From: Camelus dromedarius
Lineage: Eukaryota
NCBI RefSeq assembly: GCF_036321535.1
Contig: NC_087437.1
Span: 68,202,001 to 68,266,000 of the forward strand
Direction: 5' to 3'
Length of the DNA stretch: 64,000 bases
Both the position numbers and the translations under genes were made by a program. Every line of letters starts with the position of its first letter. Position 1 is the first letter of the stretch. Shown here piece by piece: positions 53,540 through 64,000 of this stretch. The notes under the pieces are model-generated. The model did not search any database, was not told where the DNA came from, and saw only the letters and a program-made list of their open reading frames with translations.

Positions 53540-54230
53540 TTTGGTGATATAAAGCAGAAAGTGTGCTAATCATTTACACAGTTGAGAACTTGGGGATTGT
53601 GTGCCATTGGAGGCAAATTGGAGGTTAGTATTGCAAACAACCATCTTGATAAATAGGACGTGGGGCTGAAATCTATAAAAAGGGATTCAGTAAAAACAAA
53701 TGTAAACTGCACAAATGATTGTTCCACGGGGATGGAGATGTAGGCTATAATGAATGATGAATTGAGTATAAGTCAACAGTATGATGGTGCTGTATAAAAC
53801 CCTAGATACTGCTTGGGGGTATATTGATAGGGAGAGCATGGATGAAATAAGAAGTAATTATTTAGCTCTACCAGCACACTTTAGGCCTCAATTGGATAAC
53901 TGTGTTCAGTATTTGTTCCTTAGTTGAAAGAGAATCACAGATAAATTTGAATGAGTTCTGAAGAGAGCAACAAAAAATGATAAAAGGTTTGGAAAATGAG
54001 GTCTATAAGGAAACATTAAGGGAACTGGACATGTTCAGACTGCAAGAACGGTAACAGGGAAGCAGGGTAACTGCTCACACGTAGGAAAGAGATACTGTAA
54101 ATGAGAGAAGGAATCTGTTATTCCCACCAGTCACTCTGAGTTGGATAAGTTGGGCTTGAGCTGCAGTAGATAAAACTTAGTTTAAATAGTAAGGACAAAT
54201 TTTTAAGTATAGAGCATTTTAACATGGAAT
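53540..54230 (+). mobile_element. L3/CR1 LINE fragment
   Basis: taagtcaacagtatgat...ctgtgttcagt...gaagagagcaacaaaaaatgataaaaggtttggaaaat...aagggaactggacatgttcag are CR1/L3 RT-region motifs. Confidence 0.85.
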
Positions 54231-54422
54231 CAAGGTACCTTTAGTTAATTACAAAAACCTGCTTATTAAATAATTTCAGTGTCACACTTGGAATTGTAGT
54301 TTTGATACAGTGGAAGAGAGATGATTCAGCTTATTCCCTGACTCTGTTATACTAGTCAAAGCTCCACAAATGTGCCTGAGAGTTCAGGCCCTGTTGATAC
54401 AATTACAGATAGTCACAATTAC

Positions 54423-54660
54423 TGTGCTTTTAAAGAAGCATTTTTTGATGTGTTGTATTAATGTAGGTGGTAGAAATGGTTTTGTCCTTCGATATTTTTC
54501 CATCTTTGATTCTTCTTCTTCATACTCTTCCTTTTGTTAGATTCAGATTCTGATATATAGCTTTAATGGTACTCAATGATTCAGCAAGTTTTCTGAGTCG
54601 AAAGCTTTCTAACGAGGGTTGGTGTATTTTTATAACTTCCTGGTGGGCAGGCTCGGTAAA
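54423..54660 (-). pseudogene. Exon candidate (238 nt) LPSLPTRKL*KYTNPR*KAFDSENLLNH*VPLKLYIRI*I*QKEEYEEEESKMEKYRRTKPFLPPTLIQHIKKCFFKST
   Basis: Branch-like ctaat and tract tactctacttactttag|T; donor ACA|gtaatt. Phase 2-0. Reading in the inherited phase gives a protein-like acidic/basic C-terminal half. Five in-frame stops. Confidence 0.55.
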
Positions 54661-55260
54661 CTAAAGTAAGTAGAGTACTCATTAGGGGCAGACAGTAGGC
54701 TTTCAAAGGCAACACAAATCAGACCTTTTGTATTAGCCTCAGTTATATTTACGATTAATGTAGGATTAAATACACACCACAGTGTACTATGTGAACTTGG
54801 ACGTAATGTTAGCAGTTGAGATTCAGTTGTGTTTTTTTGTAAATGGAGAATAATACCTGTACCTGTAAGAATACATGAGAGTATTTAGAGTTCCTGGCAT
54901 ACAGTAGGTGTCTAATAAACATCTGATCTGCTTATCTTTCATTAAAACATGTTGAGGGTCACGTCTCTGCACAGACTCAGTAATGGCCCTCTGTCTCCTT
55001 TGTAAATTTCAGGCTCGTTGGAGCTACATTCAAGGCTCTCTGTCATCTGACTCTGTTTTTCCTTTCCAGTCTTATTTTCTTGCTTTTTGATTGAACAGGA
55101 GTTGTGTGTTCAGTGTCGTGGGCCAGATGTGAAATAGTGAAAACCTAGAACTATCCAGAAAACAGGTCACTGTAAAATGACCAACAGGGAGGAGCAGTGA
55201 TGCATACACATGGCACACAGGAAGCTTAGACACCAGATTAGACTCAGATCCCTTACTCAC

Positions 55261-55638
55261 TTTTTCTGCCTCAGTGTTCAAACATATTCACTTAAAGATA
55301 CTGACTTCAGTATTCTACCCAGCTTCTTCAATGGGCACAGCAAGCAGGGGCAGTGAGAAATGTGCATTTCTGACTGTAATCTTTGTAAGATTTAAGTAGT
55401 AACACCTCTGATCTCTAAGACTGATGTTTGGACTTTGTCTTTCTTGTATTCAGATCTCATTTCCTTGCAGATGTTGGCTGGCTGCCGCAGTAGCTCTCAG
55501 TTTCCCACCATGTTTTCAAAGGACATTCCCTCTTCTCACTGTGACCCTTGAGACTGATACTCAAACCCTGAACACTCTGCTAACAGCATGAGGTCAATCC
55601 TACTCACCCCAAAGGGTATACTCAAAAATCTAGAAGTT
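55261..55638 (-). pseudogene. Exon candidate (378 nt) TSRFLSIPFGVSRIDLMLLAECSGFEYQSQGSQ*EEGMSFENMVGN*ELLRQPANICKEMRSEYKKDKVQTSVLEIRGVTT*ILQRLQSEMHISHCPCLLCPLKKLGRILKSVSLSEYV*TLRQK
   Basis: Acceptor cttattcaccttctag|A and donor AAA|gtgagt. Length is a multiple of 3, phase 2-2. Four stops (3 TGA, 1 TAA). Confidence 0.55.
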
Positions 55639-55829
55639 CTAGAAGGTGAATAAGTTGTTGAGGGCTGGGACTAAGTCTTCAAGGAAGGAAAAGGATCTTT
55701 CAAGGGGTGAGAGTGGGGTTGGATAGGGAAGGCAAAGAATTGAAAACCAGGCGGAGAATGGATCACTTCATGCCTTGACTATTTTTGGTAACCTGGGCTG
55801 TTTGCTGGTTACCTTGTTTCCACCTCACC

Positions 55830-56450
55830 CAACTGCAGTCAGTCCTTTTGCAAAACATCCAGAGCTATTTGTCCATTCTTCTGTTTCAAACCCTTCAAGA
55901 GCTTCCCAGCCCCCTCTAAAAAGTTCAAATTCTTGACCATAGCCAAAATCTCTAATCATTTGCATCTTATACATTCAAACATTTTCAAAACTGCACCCCA
56001 ATTTGCTGCCAAAGGACCAGATACATTACCTGACCTTCAGTCCTTAAGATGTGCTGTACTCTTCCCATCTTAGGATCTAACATATCCTTCTTATTTTTTC
56101 TCTGGAATGCTCTCTTCTGCCCTTGGCATGCTGTCTCCTTTTTAATCATTTAAGATTTAGATTATAACTACTCTCTTAAAGTGTGCTTTTTTGACCTCTT
56201 TCTTTGAGTGTGTCCTTTATATTAATCTCTAATACAGTCCCCAAATTTTCACCTTCATAGTATTCCTTTCAGTGATTAAGTTCAATATTTATTGACTGGA
56301 TTGTCCCTTTGCCATCTACCTCTTGCACAAGACTGTAAACTCTTGGACACAGTCTCTGTCTTTCAGTTGCAACATTGTAAGCTGAGTGCTTTGCACAGTA
56401 TCTGGTTATTAGTAGGAATTTACAAAATATACATCTAGGTGACTAAGTGA
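55830..56450 (+). mobile_element. L2 3' region
   Basis: tcaaacccttcaagagcttccca...tctggaatgctct...caagactgtaaactctt...gcacagtatctgg. Confidence 0.75.
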
Positions 56451-58006
56451 ATCCCAAAACTTAGCCTCACAGAAATGAGCCCTTTTTTTCCCTTTCTCCC
56501 AGTTCATTCATAAATACTTCTTATTCTTAGGTTATTCACTCTAAATAGAAAACTATAGTATAAACAAACAATAAAACAAGACCACAAGATGCTCAGATAA
56601 TTCCTAAGAGGTGATGTGTTATGGATAGTAGTGAATATAGGTGTATTTTTATAATACAGCACCTGAGAACTAAAATGCAAATAATTCATATTTGTTAAAG
56701 AAATAAACTGCTATATACAATTTATGTTAGCTCTAAATTTATGCATGTAGCAGACATTTAATTAGCAGTTTAGTAAATACCTGAAGAATATGTTTATTAT
56801 GATTTTTTAAAGTTTGAAATTTAGTATTTGTTCTATAGAATATAATTGTGGGTTTTAATGGAAATGTTATATTTTTAATATAGTTTTAGGTCCATCCTAA
56901 ATTCCCCTTGCCTGAAGGAGTATACTCATTTAAATTGTTGCTTTTATTTTATTATAAAAGATAATGTATTGATTCCCCTGTGATGTCCTATTCCTCATTC
57001 AATATAAAAGAATAAACATTGTTTTGTGATCAAAGTATACCATTCCTTAAAGAAAGCCATAATTTCATTCTGTAATTCACTTCTGACATCAAAACCTGGA
57101 ACATTAAAGCAGTACTTTTGTTTACACATGATAAGAGGTTGTTAGATTCCTAAACTCTAGCCATTCTATAAAATCATTTTGCCTGTTTTTTTAGTCCTGG
57201 AGTTTAGTAAGCTTTTGATGAAAAATACAACATATAATTTAGAACATTGTTTGGTTAGTGGTAATTTTCATCCTGAGCAATAGTGATAGGAATATTAACT
57301 TGTATCTGTATGTATATATTTTTATGTATTAATTAATGATATGTATGCACATATGTGTACACCCATGCCATAAGTGTTCTCTGATATTGAAGAACATCAA
57401 CATAGGGGAACAGAGTTTTTAAGAAATTCTCTCAATTCTCCTTGCAACATAGTGAAATAGGTTAAATTAGAATGTGTTTTCCATCCTTAAACCATTATCT
57501 CTCCTCTGACATTAAGATAATGCAGTGCTGTATATTTAACAAGCATGTGTATACTTGTTATACACTCTGCTGTTATAAGAATTTGATTGGTAACATGACT
57601 AATAGGCATAATAGTTGATGTTATATACTCTTTTTATATATCATAGTTTGCAACTGAACTAGAACTTTGATTTTTAGGAGAAGAAGCTAAATTGTTTACA
57701 TTCTACTCTCACAGGAGAGAATGCAATTGCATTTGTAGACATATAGTAAGCCTACTTCATTCAAATGTAAAATAAAATTTAATTAAAAAATAGAAAAACA
57801 AAGCCAGTTTATTAAGAGGGGATGATGCTCTATAAACCATCTAATTGGACATAGAAAACCAACATTTGTTTAGTTAGAACTACTAGAAACAGGCTTATTC
57901 TCTTTATCATGTTACAGTTTCATTGGATTCAGGGAGAAAAAATGTTAGCTAAAATAGCATTTGCTTGAAAATATCCAGGAATAAAGGGATAATCGTGACC
58001 ACTTAC

Positions 58007-58339
58007 CACCGTCAATAATGATGACTCTCATTTATATTTCCATAGTCCTCTGTGTTAGCTGTGTTACAGCTTCTAGTCCTTTTGGCTGTAAGAGACCATA
58101 AAAGTCCTCAGTTCCAGACCCAGTACAGGAGGCAGCAGAAGGCACAGTGCTGGCTGGTGTCAATTACGTAGATAGACCAGCAGTGATGCCCCAGTCAGGA
58201 TGCCAAGACTTTTCATGCCTCTTCTCAAAAGTATATTAGAGATTGGTAAGGAAGTGAAACGCCCTGGAAGAGGTCCTTGAAGCAATGATCTCTAGTGATG
58301 CTGAGGAAGAAGACTGAGAAGAATTGAGAAGATGAACAG
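58007..58339 (-). pseudogene. Exon candidate (333 nt) CSSSQFFSVFFLSITRDHCFKDLFQGVSLPYQSLIYF*EEA*KVLAS*LGHH...
   Basis: Strong acceptor tcttatttttttttccag|C and consensus donor GTG|gtaagt. Length is a multiple of 3. GC-richer than its very AT-rich flanks. Five stops in the phase-2 frame, all TGA; internal frameshifts are possible. Confidence 0.55.
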
Positions 58340-58899
58340 CTGGAAAAAAAAATAAGACTGCTTTTTAAAAATGAAAGCATGGAGGATAAACAGTTGCAGA
58401 ATAAAGCAATTCAAATAAGGACAAATATCCTACCAGAAGTATGTATCTGGTGAATAAATCTAATAAAGTTTTGAAAAAAATCTAATAAAATGTACAAAGA
58501 TAACCCTTGGGAAGTATATTAGTGCAGTAAGTCAGATGACACATAATACTCTAAAAAAGGTGTTCTTCCAAAAATGACTACAGTGTTATGATTTATTTGT
58601 GTCCAAGTTATCAGCCATTTATTAAGAGGATTAGGAGAATTAAAAAAAATAATGTGGGACATATATCATTTTCTTATCTAGGGTGATAAGTTAGCATTGC
58701 CTAATTAAGTCTTTTCTAGGACCCTTAGTACAATGCAGCATTTTAAGATTTTAGAGATTTGTTTGAATTTTTGTTTCTTCCAAAGGGCCTCTGTTTTACA
58801 AATTTTCCTACCTTACATAGATAATAGAGGCATAAAAATCATATGAAACTGTTTCCATCATTAATGGATAAAACAAGATCATCCTGGTGCAGCCAACTG

Positions 58900-59045
58900 G
58901 ACCAGCATTGAGAATGGGTTGGGTCCTAGTTGTGCTTCAGTCACTTGTTAGCTTTGTGACCATCAAGAAGACAAAACACTTTTAGGCCTCAGTTTGCCCA
59001 CCTTTAAAACAGATAGCCTGTAAGATTTTTCTGCTCTGATAGGAC
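58900..59045 (+). mobile_element. MIR/MIR3 fragment
   Basis: tagctttgtgacc...ggcctcagtttgcccacctttaaaa. Confidence 0.6.
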
Positions 59046-59197
59046 TTTCTTCTTCTAAATTCTTTATCATTATCCTGCCTTTGTCTTCAAATATGAAAAA
59101 AAACCTGTCCATCCTGCTTACATCCTGTATATTGAACAGAATTAGTAAATATTGTAATTGCACATGTGTTTGAACATAGGAAAATTCCAAACACTTA

Positions 59198-59562
59198 GTA
59201 TCTTAGTCCATTTGGGCGGCTATAACAAAGATTCCACAGACTGGGTGGCTTAAACAGCAAACATGTATCTCTCACTGTCATGGAGACTGGAAGTCCAAGA
59301 TCACTGCACCAGCAGATTAGATTCACTGTCTGGTGTGGGCTCACTACCTGGTTCACAGATAGCCGTTTCCTTGCTGTGTCCTCAGGTGGCAGGAGGGGTC
59401 AGGAAGCTCTCTGAGGTCTTCTTTACAAGGGCACTAGTCTCCTTTGTGAGATCTCCCCCCGCACAACCTAATCACCTCCCAAAGGCCCCACCTCCCCACT
59501 GCCTTGGGCATGACGTTTCATCACAGGAATTTTGAGGGGATGTAAACATTCAGTCCATTTCA
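59198..59562 (-). mobile_element. MLT1A-like MaLR solo LTR
   Basis: tcttagtccatttgggcggctataacaaa...acctaatcacctcccaaaggccccacctcc...aacattcagtcca. Confidence 0.92.
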
Positions 59563-61049
59563 CTGTATTACTTCAGCTTTTCCCCAAGTGGCACGTAAAG
59601 TAATTTGAGACGAAAGAGTACTGTCACAGTAGCCCTGAGTCACATGGTGAAAGAGAGTTTTTCCCTTTTCACATCTCTTTAACTATTTGATTATACCAAG
59701 GGGGTCTTGGTTTGGTGCTAAGGCTTTAACACCTCGATAAACACTTGTAATTTATCCTTTTAATAAATAAAACAACAGATGCAGCACAGGCCTTAGGCCC
59801 AGAGCATTAGGCTTAGACAGAGTCTAAGCAGATGATAATACCATTATTTTGTTTTTGCGGTATTTTCATGTTTGTTTATCTATAACAAGTTATACTTATC
59901 TTCCATGTATGAGAGGACAATTTTCTATCTAAAATATAGTTCAGTTAAAAAAAGTATGTATTTCAAAATATTATTTAAATAATAGTGCAGATGGTATGTG
60001 AATATGATAAAAATTGTGGAAAAGAATGACTAAATTTCAGAAAACCAGGGCTACTCCAAGTGTTCTTTGAAATAGCCTCTTGTGTCACCCCTTGGCAAAC
60101 ACGCTGGACATTTTGAGATCCTGCTCTGCAAATTTAATGAGTATATTTTTTCTGAATCTGGAGTGTTTTAACTCACTTTGGCTGTGAAGTCATCAACTCA
60201 GTGTTAAATAACCTAAGTTGCTCAGAGCTCATGAAACTTGTAATCTTATTCTGATGACACTATATACATTCTGAAATCTTTATTTCAAACTGTGGTAACT
60301 TTAGAACATACAATTTGGCACAACTGTCTCTTCCTTGTAATTTCAAAAGCCTTCACAGCCTAGAAAGTCCATGTTTGTAAATTACTTTATAATCAGCAAG
60401 TTGTATTAGACATGGGGGAATTATGTAAATTAATAGAGTAATGGGAAGTAATGGTTCATGGGCTCAAGTAATTTTACTTGTAAGAGTCAACTGTTTTTAA
60501 TAATGGACTTGTTTAAAATGTTTACTATATGTATCACATTTAAATGATACTATAAGTCAACCTTTTTTTAACCTTAAACTTTTTATTTAAAGTTGTTATT
60601 GTCAAGATGAAAGTGAACAAGACTGCACAATTTATTCAAATATTTACCCATTCAAAAGGCAAATAGATATTAGAATATAGAGGTGACCAAAACGTGGTGT
60701 GTGTTTTTAGAATTGCTTAGGGTGTAGATAAGGAACCAGATAAGCAAGTAATGAAAATAGTGAGGTAGGTGTTTAGGAGCACATAATGGAGATACTGAAA
60801 TTTATCCATTAATTACCAGGTCCTGAAAAACTGCTCTCGATATACTTAATTTTTATGCTAGGCCAGACTCTGAAGCTTGTAAAAACATATTAAGTTGATA
60901 CACTGAAACAAAGTATGACTTTCTGAAAAAGTCTGGTGAAACCTGATAGGACATTCTGCAACACTTACCCTCTACAATGTGGGATGGGAGAGGAGGTTGT
61001 ACGATTATAGAATGTTCCCTGACTCCCTTACTTTTATCGTCTTCCAAAC

Positions 61050-61400
61050 ACTTGAGAGTTTATAACATGTTCCCACATGTGTTACCTCATCTCATCCTTA
61101 CAATGGTCCTTTGAAAGAGGTATCACCCCAATTCCCAGTTTACAAATGAAGAAACAAAGTTCAATAAAGCTAAGTAACTTAGCCACTGTTACATGGAAAA
61201 TAACAATAGTTGGACCCAAATCAGGTCTTTCTACTAAGATTATGCTGACTCTATTGCTGAGGAATGTCAGAAGTAGATTATCCAGTATATTTTTCCTTTA
61301 TTTTATAAATGAGAAAACTCATATCTAAACAGGATGAGTGATTTATCCAAAGCCATATTCTGGAGTATTAGAGAAAATTTTAGATAAGACATGCTCATTC
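61050..61400 (-). mobile_element. Two adjacent MIR fragments
   Basis: cccagtttacaaatgaagaaac...aagtaacttagcc and ttttataaatgagaaaact...agtgatttatccaaagcca. Confidence 0.65.
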
Positions 61401-61980
61401 TAAATTCTTCTGATATGTTATGATAATTTAAAAGGAGTTATCTGAGCTGCTAACTCAATAAATGGGTAGAAATAATGCCTTGGAAAGATCACTGGGTAAA
61501 GTGTCAAAAGACCTGGGTTCTAGTCTTCCAGAGTGTAAACTTTGGACACAATTATTGCTTTCCTCTTATTTGATCTCTGCTAACTTCACTTGCTAGAAAA
61601 GGGACAAGGGCACCAGGGGTGGTGGGTGGCTTCTCCTCTGAGGGTGGTTGCAGAGCTTTCTTTACTCCACAAAGGTCACACACAGAGGGGTGGATGGCCA
61701 TGCGTGGTTCCACAGCATCCGGTATCCAGAAGGAGACTAGAACCTGGGAATGAACAGAGACTACATTCAGAAATTTCTGGAACATTTGTAATCTCTGTGA
61801 CTAGTAGTTTCATTACCAAGTCTCTTCCTGAGTGGATATTGACAGAAAAGTAGTTAATTGTAAAAAGGGATTAGTTTATATGTCAAATACATTAAGGAAA
61901 TGGAGCTCTCCGAAATTCTTAGAATTAACTTTGTCCTCTTTTTTCCAATTCAGTCCCCTTGGGTTTTCTTGATAATGCCC

Positions 61981-62405
61981 TGTATTCGTTTTATAGGGCG
62001 GCTGTTAGAAAGGACAACACAACAAGTTGCTTAAACAACACAACCTTGTTTAAGTCCAAGGTCAACGTGTCAGCAGGGATGCTTCCATCTGAGGGCTCGC
62101 AGAGAGAACCTGTTCCAGGACTCTCACCTGTCTCCTGGTGGTTTGCTGGAAGTCTTTGGCATCCCTTGGCTTGTAAAATCACCACTGATCTCTCCATCTT
62201 TACATGCCTTCCTGCTATGTGGGTGCCTGTGTCCAAATTCCCTTTTTATAAGGATACCAGTCAGATGAGGGCCCACCCTAATGACCTCATCTTAACTAAT
62301 TATGTCTGTGATGACCCTGTTTCCAAATGAGATCATATTTTGAGGTGTTGGGTGTTAGCATTTCAATGTATGAAATGGGGAGTGCGGCACAATTCAACTT
62401 GCAAC
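61981..62405 (-). mobile_element. MLT1C-like MaLR solo LTR
   Basis: tgtattcgttttatagggcggctg...gtttgctggaagtctttggcatcccttggcttgta...atgacctcatcttaactaatta...aattcaacttgcaaca. Confidence 0.88.
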
Positions 62406-62446
62406 ATGCCCACTTGGCTAAGCAATTTGCATATGTACTTGATAAG

Positions 62447-62910
62447 CCTATCAATCAGGGTTCCACTAGAGCAACCAGATCTAGTAGGGAGTGTGTGTGT
62501 GTGTGTATGTGTAAAGGGAGAGACAGAGACAGAGAGGGAGAGCGAGAGAGAGGAGAGAGTGATTGCTTGCAAGGAATTATAATGCAATTATGAGCGCTGT
62601 CGGGGCAAATCCAAAATCTGTAGGGCAGGCCATCAGGAAGGGAAAGGCTATTTGGAAACTTCTGTTCAGGAGCTGATGCTACAGTCCACAGAGAATTTCT
62701 TCCTCCTCAGGAAAACTTCAGTTCTGTTCTTAAGGCCTTAAACTGAATCCCACTGAGATTATCCAGAATCATCTCCTCTTCATAAAACTAAATGATGGTA
62801 GCTGGTGAGCACATCTACAAAATGCCTTCCTAGCAACACCTAGATAACTGTTGGATTGAATAATTGTGTACTCCAGCCTAGCCAACTTGACACAAAAACT
62901 GACTACCACA
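62447..62910 (-). mobile_element. MLT2-family (ERVL) solo LTR
   Basis: atcagggttccactagagcaaccaga...aaatccaaaatctgtagggcaggcc...cctagccaacttgacacaaaaactgactaccaca. Confidence 0.88.
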
Positions 62911-62996
62911 ATAATTAACAGGGAAGGAGGCAAGAAGAGGCTACTGCATTATTCTTGGGTCCCCTGAACTGGGGGGAGTGATCTTGGTTGTATTAC

Positions 62997-63163
62997 CCAG
63001 CAGTGGTGGGCTCTGTGTTTGGTGGACTGGCATGCATAGGGCTTGCATTCTGTTCCATCATAACCAGGACCCTTTCTGCCACAGCCTCAAGGCCGCCTCC
63101 TCCTCCCTTCAAGTGCACATCATGAAGCTCTGGCTTCATTCTTTCAACCTAATCTTGTGTTCT
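62997..63163 (-). pseudogene. Weaker exon candidate EHKIRLKE*SQSFMMCT*REEEAALRLWQKGSWL*WNRMQALCMPVHQTQSPPLL
   Basis: Acceptor cactttttcctcag|A. Helix-like translation with three TGA stops. Donor uncertain (CTGG|gtaata). Confidence 0.3.
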
Positions 63164-64000
63164 CTGAGGAAAAAGTGCCCAGAGCAATTTTTACCCCATC
63201 ACACACTGGTAATCATTTTATTTTTCTGATTATGTTTTCCTCTCTCTCTCAGCCCTTTGGTAAATTACTTAGGGAACCTTTCTTCTCATTCTCTCTTTTT
63301 CTGTCTGTCTCTATGCTAAGTGCCAGCTGTCATTGCTTGGCAGATAATTACCATTTTACAAACAGTATTTAGGGAAATGACATCAGTTTGTGAATGTATG
63401 GCTGTCAGGGCTTATTCACAGGGCTTTCCTCTGTGAACCATCTTCTCTGTGTGCAGGCTGGGTGGAAGCAGTGGGGATGGAGGGGAGGGGAACAGGGAAG
63501 ACCCCTTGGCTCCCAGATTTTGGAGAACAGTTGTATCCCATTTGTCACTGTTGGTCTGACAACCCTCATTTCACTCGTCCCCAATTCCCCATGCCATATT
63601 CTGCTTTCAGTGGGTAAATAAATGATTGCTCGTACCAGTTCAGTGGATTAGCCTTCCCTTTTGTAGTTTTTGTAGCTTGAGGAAGCAGGTGGGTAGAAAT
63701 GCAGCAGGTACTGGTTTCTGTCTTCAATGATCATTTGTATTGCATGGTGCAGGTCTCTTGATGATTCTGTTGGGTGAAAAAAAACATAGAATATTATGAA
63801 ACATATAAAGTATGCTAGCTTAAATTTCTTAAGTTAGTTAAATAATCTGCCTCCCAGCAATGTTGTTTTAAAGATCCTGCTAAGTACATAGATTGAGTAG
63901 GTAGAAACAGGCTAAGAAAACATTTGTTAACTTCAGTTAGGGATGTCAGCCGATATCCTGAAAAGAGCACTAGATTTTGAGTGAGGTAATCTGCATCCTA

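Larger units (their letters stand above)
49726..63163 (-). pseudogene. 3' part of a decayed multi-exon (unprocessed) protein-coding gene, identity unknown
   Basis: Minus-strand exon candidates are 58339-58007, 55638-55261, 54660-54423, 53103-~52959, 52133-51980 and 50139-50074 (stop), plus a weaker one at 63163-~62997. Most have a pyrimidine tract with AG and a GT donor. Phases chain as 2-2, 2-2, 2-0, 0-?, 2-0, 0-stop. Upstream exons carry in-frame stops. AATAAA occurs downstream at 49731-49726 and 49623-49618. Confidence 0.6.

Noticed and set aside
54423..58339. Selenoprotein or stop-codon readthrough explanation for the many TGA codons
   Set aside because: TAA and TAG stops occur in the same frame and I recognised no SECIS element. 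CpG decay is the simpler explanation.
58985..59125. Possible minus-strand exon DVSRMDRFFFIFEDKGRIMIKNLEEESPIRAEKSYR
   Set aside because: Its 3' half overlaps a MIR and the donor is poor, so it is not included in the gene model.
60969..61050. Strong donor GAGG|gtaagt (minus) with a short open frame
   Set aside because: The only acceptor is a weak AAG at a MIR edge, and its phase does not fit the next exon. Left unresolved.
61959..62593. Several ORFs of 74-123 aa
   Set aside because: They lie inside the MLT1/MLT2 LTRs and (GT)/(GA) simple repeats.
1..64000. CRISPR arrays, operons, tRNA/rRNA/snRNA genes or prokaryotic defence systems
   Set aside because: There are no regularly spaced repeat-spacer units or structured RNA consensus sequences. 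The DNA is mammalian and mostly non-coding.

Overview
This is AT-rich, CpG-depleted placental-mammal genomic DNA, not prokaryotic. It is most likely camelid (camel/alpaca/llama), inferred from the style of the young L1 3' ends and the absence of Alu, B1, Bov-tA/BovA2, PRE1 and SINEC SINEs. No intact protein-coding gene, RNA gene or CRISPR array is recognisable, and nearly all ORFs in the track are chance or repeat-derived. About 1-49 kb is intergenic or intronic DNA with old repeats (L2, MIR, L1M, MLT1, LTR16, MER5/MER33). It also holds a few young insertions with target-site duplications, a strong CTCF motif and several repeat-free enhancer-like blocks. The main signal is on the minus strand at about 49.7-63.2 kb: a chain of exon-like segments with AG/GT splice sites, mostly compatible phases and protein-like translations interrupted by many (mostly TGA) stops. 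I interpret this as the 3' end of a decayed, intron-containing (unprocessed, possibly unitary) pseudogene that I cannot name. Repeat family names come from recalled consensus motifs, and repeat boundaries are approximate unless a TSD is given.
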